The notes below the pieces were generated by a model, which was not told the origin of the DNA, did no database searches, and saw only the letters and a program-made list of their open reading frames with translations. Below, one piece after another: positions 10,229 to 18,848 of a stretch of DNA of 64,000 bases (positions are counted from its first letter, which is position 1; every line of letters begins with the position of its first letter). A program made the translations under genes and the position numbers. This DNA is from Thermoproteota archaeon. GTDB taxonomy: Archaea; Thermoproteota; Nitrososphaeria_A; Caldarchaeales; Calditenuaceae. Where the stretch lies: contig JAUQPU010000002.1 of the NCBI GenBank assembly GCA_030550235.1, positions 92,602-156,601 on the forward strand, in the 5' to 3' direction.

Positions 10229-11458
10229 GTGCTATCCGAGGCCCAAGTATTCCTGAGATGTAGGGAGTGCGGCAAACCTTTCGGCCACATACTCGCGTAT
10301 GTGTGTGATGAGTGTTTTGGGGCCCTAGAAGCCTCGTATAATCCAGGCAGACTCTCTGTGAGTAGAAGTGTCATAGAGGCTAGGCCTCGTTCCATGTGGC
10401 GGTACTGGGAGTTTCTCCCGCTAATCGACCATTCCAAAAAGGTCGATATCGGCGCCGGCTACACCCAGCTTATAAAGGCTGACAGGTTAGCAAGAAAACT
10501 AGGAATCTCAAGGCTATACATCAAGAACGACACAGTCAACCCAACGTTCAGCTTTAAGGATAGGCCGTCGAGCCTGGCAGTATCGAAGGCTCTGGAGTTT
10601 GGCCTAAACTCTGTCGGATGCGCCTCTACCGGTAACCTCGCTGGAGCGACTGCAGCACACGCCGCCGCCGCAGGCCTCCCCTGCTATGTCTTCATGCCTA
10701 GTAGCGTGGAGAAGACTAAGATCAAACAAGCCGCACTGTACGGGGCTCAAATACTATTGGTTGAGGGGACATACGACGACGCCAACAGACTTGCAGCGCT
10801 CGCAGCCGATAGATTTGAAGTGGGGATTGTCAACGTCAACCTCAGACCCTATTATGTCGAGGGCTCGAAGACGATGGGCCTAGAGATTGTGGAGCAGCTG
10901 GGCTGGCGGACACCCGACAGGATAATAGTGCCGACGGCCAGCGGCGCCCTCCTCTCAGCCATATACAAAGGGATAACAGAGGCTGAGCATGCAGGCTTGA
11001 TCAGCGACTGCTCCGTAGCGATTACCTGCGCCCAGCCACTTGGATGCTCACCCATAGTCAGAGCCTTCAGGGAGAATAGTGACCGCGTAGAGCCGGTAAG
11101 GCAGCCCGACACTATAGTGCAGAGCCTAGCCATCGGAGACCCGGGAGACGGTTACCAAGCTCTGAAAGTCGTTAGAGAGAGCGGTGGCACAGCGGTTGCG
11201 CTCACTGATGATGAGAGTCTCGAGGCAGTGGAGTTGCTTGCATCCACCGAGGGAATCTTAGCAGAGCCCGGAGGAGCTATCTCGGTAGCTGCCCTCAAGA
11301 AGCTCTTAGAAGCTGGCGAAGTTGGGAGGGATGAGGAGGTGGTATGCTGTGTAACGGGGTCAGGCTTGAAGACTGTCGAGCTCCATCCAGAGGCAGGAAA
11401 TGTTAGAATCATTCCGCCAGCACTCGAGGCTGTAAGAAAGGCTCTCGACCTGCGCTAA
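10229..11458 (+). CDS. thrC: Threonine synthase-family PLP enzyme
   Basis: N-terminal CxxC/CxxC, NPTFSFKDR (PLP Lys), CASTGN, EGSKT, VTGSGLK. Confidence 0.85.
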   Translation: MLSEAQVFLRCRECGKPFGHILAYVCDECFGALEASYNPGRLSVSRSVIEARPRSMWRYWEFLPLIDHSKKVDIGAGYTQLIKADRLARKLGISRLYIKNDTVNPTFSFKDRPSSLAVSKALEFGLNSVGCASTGNLAGATAAHAAAAGLPCYVFMPSSVEKTKIKQAALYGAQILLVEGTYDDANRLAALAADRFEVGIVNVNLRPYYVEGSKTMGLEIVEQLGWRTPDRIIVPTASGALLSAIYKGITEAEHAGLISDCSVAITCAQPLGCSPIVRAFRENSDRVEPVRQPDTIVQSLAIGDPGDGYQALKVVRESGGTAVALTDDESLEAVELLASTEGILAEPGGAISVAALKKLLEAGEVGRDEEVVCCVTGSGLKTVELHPEAGNVRIIPPALEAVRKALDLR

Positions 11459-11505
11459 CCCTCTGAAACGGTTTATATGCTCCCCACAGGTGAGATTATT
11501 CAAAG

Positions 11506-11793
11506 ATGTCACCAAGAGTAAAGGTAACCGTCACAGCCGTCCTCGCAAACTATCTCGGTGGCCAGAGGGACTTCATACTAGAGGCCGACTCGGTCAAAGA
11601 TGTGATAGAGGAGCTGGCCAAGAAATATGGCTCTGAGATCAGGAGGAGGCTGCTTGACGAGGAGGGCCGCCTCAGAAGATACATCAACATATACGTGAAC
11701 GACAGGGGCCTAAGTCATCAAGAGCTTAATCTGAAGCTCAAGGAGGGTGACGAGGTCCTAATTCTCCCCGCTGTAAGTGGTGGTCTAGTATGA
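11506..11793 (+). CDS. MoaD/ThiS/SAMP1 ubiquitin-like sulfur carrier with GG-LV C-terminus
   Basis: LRRYINIYVND ... LKEGDEVLILPAVSGG followed by LV and stop. Confidence 0.9.
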   Translation: MSPRVKVTVTAVLANYLGGQRDFILEADSVKDVIEELAKKYGSEIRRRLLDEEGRLRRYINIYVNDRGLSHQELNLKLKEGDEVLILPAVSGGLV

Positions 11794-12185
11794 GACTCAG
11801 GGCTATACTCCCCGTCCTCTTAGCTTTAGGTGTATTCGTCCAAATCCTAATCGGTGAGTCAGGGCTAGCTGGGGGTGTACTTAGGGACATTCACGCGACC
11901 ATAGGCCTGATAGGCTTAGCCTTGACCGCCTATGCAATAGCAGCACCACGCGGCGGCCGCCCACTCCGCATCTATGTATCTGTCCTTTTCTTATTGGTTA
12001 TACTTCAGGCCATACTTGGGCTGATTCTCTACGGGATATTCTATACCGATTTGGAGCTATTCGAGCTGGTGGAGGTGATCCATAGGTATAACGCCTATCT
12101 GATGCTTGTTGTGGGGCTGGTGGGAGGAGTCCTCGTGGGTAGGTTTAGGCGCGTTTCAGGCGAGGGAGTCGCGAAGAGCGGATAA
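11790..12185 (+). CDS. Small 4-TM membrane protein with two helix-embedded His
   Basis: Four hydrophobic segments; ATGA overlap with the Ubl stop. Confidence 0.75.
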   Translation: MRLRAILPVLLALGVFVQILIGESGLAGGVLRDIHATIGLIGLALTAYAIAAPRGGRPLRIYVSVLFLLVILQAILGLILYGIFYTDLELFELVEVIHRYNAYLMLVVGLVGGVLVGRFRRVSGEGVAKSG

Positions 12186-12899
12186 CTTAGATGCGAGGCT
12201 CGTAAGCAGCTCGTCTACAAATTGGTTCACAGCGTTGACGTACTGCTCATAACTTGGAGGTAGTGACTGGAGCCACTGTACTATTTGGTCGGCTGCTGCA
12301 TTCTCACCTGGATAGCTGTCTATCCAGTTATAATAGTCGACCAATCCGTCTACATTATTTATTACCCTATCAACGGCAGGTGTGAGGGCGGGCTCAAACG
12401 ATGAGACCAGCCCTTTAATATCAAGCCAATAGTTGAGCGTCGCGTTTCTGTCGGGGCCCAGTGCATTCACTCCCCTCAGCTGATTCAAGATTGGGATTGC
12501 CTGCGACACAACATTCACCTGCCCCTCCACGCGCCGCATCCTAGTCTCAATCTCGCTCAGCCGCCTAGAAAGCTCCGTGTTACTTCGCCTTAAATTCTCG
12601 AGCTCGCTTGAGAGGGATGCCTGAAGCCCAGCCACGCGCCCCTCACTCTCAGAGAGCAATCTCTTGGTCTCGCTCAGCAGAGCCTCTAGTCTATCCACAT
12701 TATTTAGGGCAGAGTCTAACTCCAACTGTTTAGACGCCAGCTCACCTTCCAGCTGCCTAATCCTCTCCCTCTCACCAGCTAAGAGCTTCTCAGACTCGAG
12801 GGTAGCGGTGTATGAGCCGTAGTTCATGCCGGCCACAAAGAATGCAACGGCAACAACTGCAACGACGAGAGCTATGACTAGTCCTTCACCTACACGCAT
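12156..12899 (-). CDS. Membrane-anchored coiled-coil hypothetical protein
   Basis: N-terminal TM, ~100 aa heptad-rich region, helical C-terminal domain. Confidence 0.75.
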   Translation of the reverse strand: MRVGEGLVIALVVAVVAVAFFVAGMNYGSYTATLESEKLLAGERERIRQLEGELASKQLELDSALNNVDRLEALLSETKRLLSESEGRVAGLQASLSSELENLRRSNTELSRRLSEIETRMRRVEGQVNVVSQAIPILNQLRGVNALGPDRNATLNYWLDIKGLVSSFEPALTPAVDRVINNVDGLVDYYNWIDSYPGENAAADQIVQWLQSLPPSYEQYVNAVNQFVDELLTSLASKLSALRDSLA

Positions 12900-12961
12900 G
12901 CTAATACCCTATAGCTGCCGATTAATAAGTAATTATAAGACCTCCAACTCGTCTAAAGCAG

Positions 12962-13942
12962 CTAACCAGTGCCCCTCTCCTGCATCCTCAGCTCAAGAGT
13001 CTTTAGATCAAGACCAGACATTGCCTTTGTCTCATCCACCATCTTCTGGGCCTCCGCAACTATATCCGGCTTATCCCAATATGTTGTCGCGATGACTATG
13101 GCCTCCGCCCTCGCCCTCGGGTCTGAAGACTTGAATATACCTGAGCCTACAAATACGCCGTCGCATCCGAGGCTCATCATGAGGGCCGCATCTGCGGGTG
13201 TAGCTATCCCGCCTGCGGCAAAGTTGACTACTGGGAGCCTTCTAATCCTGGCAGTCTCAAGGACAAGCTCGTATGAGACCCTGAGATCACGGGCAGCCCT
13301 CACGAGCTCCTGCTCATCACCCTCCTCATAAAGCACGACTATCTTTCTGAGCTCGTTATTCAGAATCCTCATATGCTTCACGGCCTCAGCTACATTCCCA
13401 GTCCCAGGCTCACCCTTCGTCCTAATCATCGAGGCGCCCTCCTCAATCCTCCTTAAAGCCTCTCCCAGGTCGCGTGCACCGCAGACAAAAGGTGTCGTGA
13501 AGTCCCACTTCCATATGTGTCTCTCTTCATCTGCGGGGGTTAGGACTTCGGACTCGTCTATCATGTCCACGCCACTCTCTTCGAGGACCTTCGCCTCCCA
13601 TGTGTGGCCGATTCTACATTTAGCCATCACAGGTATCGTCACGTGGTCTAGAACTTCCTCGATCACTTTGAGGCTGGCTGTTCTAGCGACGCCCCCTGCC
13701 TTCCTTACGTCGTATGGCAGCTTATCAAGCACCATCACGCCGACTGCGCCGGCATCCTCGGCTATCTGTGCCTGCTCCACGTTGGTGACATCCATTACAA
13801 CACCATGCTTAAGCATGTGTGCAAACCCCCTCTTCACGAGGGTTGAGCCGCGCCTGGTCTGCAGACCTTCAATAATCTCTATCCGTAGACCCGGGGCCTC
13901 CCTTTGGCTGAGCGTGAGAGAGATCAAGTCCAGAGTAAACAT
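12962..13942 (-). CDS. pdxS: Pyridoxal 5'-phosphate synthase lyase subunit
   Basis: [54 protein letters not shown]. Confidence 0.96.
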   Translation of the reverse strand: MFTLDLISLTLSQREAPGLRIEIIEGLQTRRGSTLVKRGFAHMLKHGVVMDVTNVEQAQIAEDAGAVGVMVLDKLPYDVRKAGGVARTASLKVIEEVLDHVTIPVMAKCRIGHTWEAKVLEESGVDMIDESEVLTPADEERHIWKWDFTTPFVCGARDLGEALRRIEEGASMIRTKGEPGTGNVAEAVKHMRILNNELRKIVVLYEEGDEQELVRAARDLRVSYELVLETARIRRLPVVNFAAGGIATPADAALMMSLGCDGVFVGSGIFKSSDPRARAEAIVIATTYWDKPDIVAEAQKMVDETKAMSGLDLKTLELRMQERGTG

Positions 13943-13998
13943 CTCTGCACGGTATATAAACCAATCGCGTAGAGGGCGGGGGGTGAGATAGATTTTTC

Positions 13999-15678
13999 AT
14001 GGAGGTGAGTGGCGGTTTTTGGTGGATGCGTTTAAGAAGGCTTAGGCTGTTAGCCCTGGTTTTTCTGTCCGGGTCCGCTGTGATGGTGATTGAGCTAGCG
14101 GGGAGCAGGCTTCTTACACCTATCTTCGGAAGCTCGGTGTTCGTTTGGGGGAGTATTATCGGTGTTGTGCTCACATCCCTCGCCATAGGCTATTATCTTG
14201 GAGGAAGGCTCTCAGACCTGAGGCCCGATCCCCGACTCCTCGATACTATAGTCTTTACAGGCGGTGTTCTTGCAGTATCTATACCCTTCTTCTCACCCGT
14301 AGGCATCGAGGTGGCGCTCTCCGCGGGTCTTGAGGAGCGCTGGGGAGCCTTGGTTGCATGTCTAGTCCTCTTGGCTCCAGCCAACCTGCTTCTTGGCATG
14401 GTCTCGCCGTTCGCAGTCAAGCTAGCTACCAAAGAGTTAAAAGAGCTTGGAACCAGCGCTGGCTACCTCTACGCCATCTCGACCTTGGGAAGCATATTCG
14501 GCACCTTCGGAACAGTATTCATCTTTATTCCCGCTGTGGATGTCCGGACGATATTCCTCGGTGTGGGTTTGGTGTTGATGGTGGCTTCATTGTTGCGCCT
14601 TGGCTCCGCCTCGAAGGCAACCTTTGCTTTGTTGCTGATCTTCCTTATCTCGCCGCTGGGGCTTATGAGCAACCAGGTTGTTGTCGCCTCAGGCGAGGTG
14701 GTTGAGTTGAGGGAGACACCCTACAACAGCCTCGTAGTGGCTAGGAACGGAGACCTCCAAATACTCTATCTAAACGGCCTCCCACATAGTGGGATGAGCC
14801 TAGAAGATCCCTACGATCTCGTCTTCAGGTATACCAAGCTCTTTGAGGTAGTTCTTGCCATAAACAGAGGCGGTGAGAGTGTGCTGTTCATAGGTGGGGG
14901 AGGCTTCTCAGGCCCCAAATACTTCCTCAAAAACTTCCCCAACATTATTGTCGAGGTGGTTGAGATAGACCCTGTCGTAATCGAGGCGGCTAAAAGCTAC
15001 TTCAATGTCCCAGATGATCCGAGGCTCGTCATACACAACGATGATGGGAGAGTCTTCCTCCAGCGGGTCGATAGACAATTCGATGCCATAATCATAGACG
15101 CATACGCTAAGACATATGTTCCCTACCACATGCTGACACTCGAGTTTTTCAGGCTAGTGAGGGATAGGCTGGAGAGGGGCGGGGTGGTGGTAAGCAACAT
15201 GATAGCCTCCGTCACGGGTGACACCTCCGAGATTCTATGGTCGACCGTTAAGACGATGAGCCTTGTCTTTCCCAAGATATATGTTGTGAAGGCCTCTGAG
15301 CAGGCAGCGCCCCTGGTCCAGAACATCATACTTGTAGCCTGCGTCGAGAAGGACTGCGACCTCCTAGGCTCACTGGAAGGTTGGGGGAACAAAGAGCTAG
15401 AGTCCTTGGTGGTTAATGGGCTTTGGAGCAGGATTCCAGACCTCAGCGAATACAAGGTCCTCACAGACAACTACTCGCCAGTTGAATCAATGATCAACCC
15501 TGTTACTGGGAGGCCCTACTCGGTTGAGCTGGAGAGGGGAGAATACAGTATACCCGCTCTACTAATGGGAGGAAGCAACTCCCTTGCCCTAGTTGTAATA
15601 GCTCTAGCCGCGGCCTACTGGGTTGGCTCTCTAATCACGGGTGCATCTGGCGCGGTGGCTTATAGGAGAGGAGGCTGA
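13999..15678 (+). CDS. Fused membrane domain / spermidine synthase-like protein
   Basis: SGSAVMVIELAGSR, YAISTLGSIFGT TM region; FIGGGG, VEIDPVV, DGRVFL, IIIDAY, LTDNYSP. Confidence 0.85.
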   Translation: MEVSGGFWWMRLRRLRLLALVFLSGSAVMVIELAGSRLLTPIFGSSVFVWGSIIGVVLTSLAIGYYLGGRLSDLRPDPRLLDTIVFTGGVLAVSIPFFSPVGIEVALSAGLEERWGALVACLVLLAPANLLLGMVSPFAVKLATKELKELGTSAGYLYAISTLGSIFGTFGTVFIFIPAVDVRTIFLGVGLVLMVASLLRLGSASKATFALLLIFLISPLGLMSNQVVVASGEVVELRETPYNSLVVARNGDLQILYLNGLPHSGMSLEDPYDLVFRYTKLFEVVLAINRGGESVLFIGGGGFSGPKYFLKNFPNIIVEVVEIDPVVIEAAKSYFNVPDDPRLVIHNDDGRVFLQRVDRQFDAIIIDAYAKTYVPYHMLTLEFFRLVRDRLERGGVVVSNMIASVTGDTSEILWSTVKTMSLVFPKIYVVKASEQAAPLVQNIILVACVEKDCDLLGSLEGWGNKELESLVVNGLWSRIPDLSEYKVLTDNYSPVESMINPVTGRPYSVELERGEYSIPALLMGGSNSLALVVIALAAAYWVGSLITGASGAVAYRRGG

Positions 15679-15684
15679 AAGGGT

Positions 15685-16611
15685 ATGGACGGCTCGAAGG
15701 GGGTTGTTTCGGAGCCGGGCCCTAACCAACTGGACCGGCTTAGGCAGGCGGGCTCAATCGCAGCCTCTGTGCTGAGAGAGGCAGCCTTGAGGGTTAGGCC
15801 TGGCGTCAGGTCCCTCGCCCTCTGTGAGTGGGTTGAGGCTAGGATTAGGGAGCTAGGGGCTAGGCCAGCCTTCCCCTGCAACATAGGAATAGACTCTGTC
15901 GCAGCTCACTTCACTCCAACCGCTAGTGATGATGTTGAGATCACGGCTGGCTCGCTGGTGAAGATAGACATAGGAGTGGAGCTCGACGGATACATAACAG
16001 ACACTGCTGTGACTCTGGATATGCGGAGTCCGCACGGCTACTTGGTGGATGTCGCGCGGGAGGCCCTAAGGAATGTCCTTGGCCTATTACGTGGTGGTTT
16101 AAGGGTGGCTGAGATCGGCGGCGTTGTCTACGAGACGGCCACCAGATATGGTTGTAAACCCATAGCCAACCTCTCGGGGCATGAGATCAAGAGGTATAAT
16201 CTACACGCTGGGGTCTCAATACCTAATATACCGACCAGCGACTCTCAGAGGCTTGAGTCCTGCCACATATACGCCATCGAGCCTTTCATAACACTGCGCG
16301 ACGCACCTGGCCTTGTGGTGAATAGTAAGATAGTGAACATATTCTCTGTTAGGGACATCTCCCTTAGAGCTAGGGGTCTAACCCCTGGGGAGCAGGATGC
16401 ATTGAAGGAGATTATTGATGTCTCTCGGGGGCTCCCCTACACCCTCAGGTGGCTGAGCGAGCGGACAGCCATGATTCACCAGCATCTCTACAGGCGTGGG
16501 CTGGTCTTCGGATACCCTGTACTAGTTGAGAAGAGTGGGGCGCCGGTCTCACAGGCGGAACACACCGTAATAGTCTATGAGGATGGATGTGAAGTATTGA
16601 CGACTGGCTAG
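15685..16611 (+). CDS. map: Methionine aminopeptidase type II
   Basis: AFPCN, AAHFTP, KIDIG..DGYITDTA, GHEI, AIEPF, QAEHT. Confidence 0.93.
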   Translation: MDGSKGVVSEPGPNQLDRLRQAGSIAASVLREAALRVRPGVRSLALCEWVEARIRELGARPAFPCNIGIDSVAAHFTPTASDDVEITAGSLVKIDIGVELDGYITDTAVTLDMRSPHGYLVDVAREALRNVLGLLRGGLRVAEIGGVVYETATRYGCKPIANLSGHEIKRYNLHAGVSIPNIPTSDSQRLESCHIYAIEPFITLRDAPGLVVNSKIVNIFSVRDISLRARGLTPGEQDALKEIIDVSRGLPYTLRWLSERTAMIHQHLYRRGLVFGYPVLVEKSGAPVSQAEHTVIVYEDGCEVLTTG

Positions 16612-17867
16612 GCCTTCTCGACTTGTAGTAGCTGGCTGTAGACCTCCAGTGTCTTCTCAGCCGCCCTCCTCCACGTGAACTCCTTAAGAACTCTCTTCCT
16701 ACCGTTACGCCCCATCCTCCTCGCGCGGTCAGGGTCTCGCAGAACTTCCTTCACGCCCCACGCGATATCAAGCGGGTTCGACCCATCCACATGCATACCA
16801 CACTGCTCCTCACCGGATGGGATCACCTGCTCCCTAAAGCCAACAACCCCCCTCGCACCAACAACCACGGGCCTCTCCATAGCCATCGCCTCCAAACTCA
16901 CTATCCCGAATGGCTCGTATAGGGATGGGAAGACGCAGACATCTGAGGCAGCATAGTGGAGTATCCTCTCACGCTCCGATACAAACTCCGTCCTGAGAAT
17001 AACCCTATCTTTTAAACCAAGGTCCCTGATAAGGTTCTGAAGCTCAGCCTCCATCTCACCCTTCCCCAGTATGATGAGCTTCGTCTTGGGGAACTCGCTC
17101 AGGATATGAGGCATGGCCTGGACGAGTTCTCCAGCACCCTTAACATGGACTAGACGACCTACGAATAGTATCATATTCTCATCAGGGCCTATGCCATATC
17201 GAGACCTGATGCTTTCCCTGTCCTGGTGGTTAACTCTCGAGGGGTCGTAGACCTCAGGGTCTACACCATTCCAGACCACCTGTATCTTGTCCGCCGGCCA
17301 GCCATGTGTTTGGAGGTCCTCCCTCATGGCTTGGCTGACTGTAATAATTATCGAGGCATACTCCGCGCCAAGCCTCTCAATCTCGGAGACAGTTCTGGAG
17401 CCTCTCCCAAGCGCCCTCCCCCACTCTGTCGAATGGACATGATAGACCGTCGGAATCTTACCTAGGCCGGCCAGAGAGATTCCTGAGAGGGCACATAGCC
17501 AGTCGTTGAAGGCCACGATATCAATACTAGACCCCAAAACCTTTGGGGCCAGCCTTGAAGCCGTAGCCGAGTTAAATGTGACGATGTTGCTGAAGAACTT
17601 GACCCCCTCACCCCACGCCCTCACCTCATCATTCAATGCGTGCCTCAGCCCAGCAGAGAGATCTGGCACCCTTACCCAGTTCAGCTCAACCTTCTCCACA
17701 TCCATGGGAGGAGGCTGAAGGTTCGTGGGGAGGGGGGCATAGACCTCCACCTCATATCCCAGCCTAGACATCCACAGGGACATGTAGTAAGAATATGTGC
17801 CCAGGCCGCCTACAATCAGTGGAGGATATTCCCACGTGATGAATGCGATCCTCATCCAGATACCCAC
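16608..17867 (-). CDS. GT4 glycosyltransferase (glycogen synthase-like)
   Basis: WEYPP..GGL, NDW, HSTEWGR, FVGRLVHVKG, PSLYEPFGIVSLEAMA. Confidence 0.92.
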   Translation of the reverse strand: MGIWMRIAFITWEYPPLIVGGLGTYSYYMSLWMSRLGYEVEVYAPLPTNLQPPPMDVEKVELNWVRVPDLSAGLRHALNDEVRAWGEGVKFFSNIVTFNSATASRLAPKVLGSSIDIVAFNDWLCALSGISLAGLGKIPTVYHVHSTEWGRALGRGSRTVSEIERLGAEYASIIITVSQAMREDLQTHGWPADKIQVVWNGVDPEVYDPSRVNHQDRESIRSRYGIGPDENMILFVGRLVHVKGAGELVQAMPHILSEFPKTKLIILGKGEMEAELQNLIRDLGLKDRVILRTEFVSERERILHYAASDVCVFPSLYEPFGIVSLEAMAMERPVVVGARGVVGFREQVIPSGEEQCGMHVDGSNPLDIAWGVKEVLRDPDRARRMGRNGRKRVLKEFTWRRAAEKTLEVYSQLLQVEKA

Positions 17868-17915
17868 ACTCTCTTTACTGTTTAAAGTAGATATCTCAGG
17901 AATGTCGCAGTGGTG

Positions 17916-17954
17916 TGTTAATAATACTCAAACTATGCTTAAGTATTATTAGCA
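17916..17954. promoter_or_regulatory. Operator-like inverted repeat in a divergent promoter
   Basis: TGTTAATAATACT-N13-AGTATTATTAGCA (12/13 matched, 10-bp perfect core) just upstream of the HTH gene SD (GGTGAT). Confidence 0.6.
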
Positions 17955-17965
17955 GGTGATTATGA

Positions 17966-18226
17966 TTGGTCTGCTCGGGCTTGGATAGGGACGAGTCAAC
18001 CATGCTCCTGACATTTCTGCATAATATGGGCTATGTAGACGAGGAAAGGGCGGTGGATGTCGGAGAGCTTTCCACGGTACTTGAACTTGATAGGGCGAGG
18101 GTCGAGGAGATTCTGAGAAGCCTCGAGGCTGATGGATATGTTGCGAGCGTTAAGCGGAGAGGAGGTGGTGTAAGCTTCTACCTGACAGGCAAAGGTGTGA
18201 TAAGGGTCTGCTCAATATACACATAG
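17966..18226 (+). CDS. Small winged helix-turn-helix protein
   Basis: VDVGELSTVLELDRARVEEILRSLEADGYV ... FYLTGKG; SD GGTGAT before TTG. Confidence 0.8.
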   Translation: MVCSGLDRDESTMLLTFLHNMGYVDEERAVDVGELSTVLELDRARVEEILRSLEADGYVASVKRRGGGVSFYLTGKGVIRVCSIYT

Positions 18227-18236
18227 GGTCACAGAC

Positions 18237-18848
18237 ATGAAGGTGGTTTTTCTATCCTGGGAATATCCGCCTCGTATCGTTGGCGAATTGGCCTGGCTAG
18301 TCCAGTCACAGATTGAGGGGCTTAGAAGGAAGGGACTGGAGGTGGAGCTAGTTACTGTCAGCGACTCCGGCTTTTTCATCGAGGAGCCCGTACACGGACT
18401 TAGGATAACGAGGATATCAAGCCCTGTCTATCCACACTCAACTATCATAACATGGATTGCAGCCATTAATACAGAGGCAGCGAGGGTCGTTGCCGATATC
18501 TACCACTCCACAACCGACAAACTCATACTACACACCCACGACTGGCACTTCGCCCCCGCCACTTCATCGCTCAAGAAGGCCTTAAACATCCCGTGGGTAG
18601 TATCACTCTACAGCATTGAGCAGCAGAGATCCTTAAACCCCAACTCCCCCCTCAGCTCCTGCATAAGAACAATTGAGTGGCACATGGCGCGGGAGTGTGA
18701 CACCCTCTTAGTAAGGAATGAGTGGATGCTATCCGAGGTTCGGAGGAGCTTACCTCTTGATAGGGTGGCTGTCATGGTCCTAGATCCGTCGTCTCCAAGC
18801 TGGGGCGATGAGGTGTTGCGTCTCTATAACTTGCTGGTGAAAAGCTAG
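18237..18848 (+). CDS. Stand-alone GT4 N-terminal domain protein
   Basis: WEYPPRIVGEL, HTHDWH, SLYSIE; no GRL..KG or EPFG motif. Confidence 0.8.
   Translation: MKVVFLSWEYPPRIVGELAWLVQSQIEGLRRKGLEVELVTVSDSGFFIEEPVHGLRITRISSPVYPHSTIITWIAAINTEAARVVADIYHSTTDKLILHTHDWHFAPATSSLKKALNIPWVVSLYSIEQQRSLNPNSPLSSCIRTIEWHMARECDTLLVRNEWMLSEVRRSLPLDRVAVMVLDPSSPSWGDEVLRLYNLLVKS

Noticed and set aside
18237-18848. Frameshifted GT4 pseudogene interpretation
   Set aside because: No C-domain remnant follows; the next gene starts immediately and the terminal helix is retained
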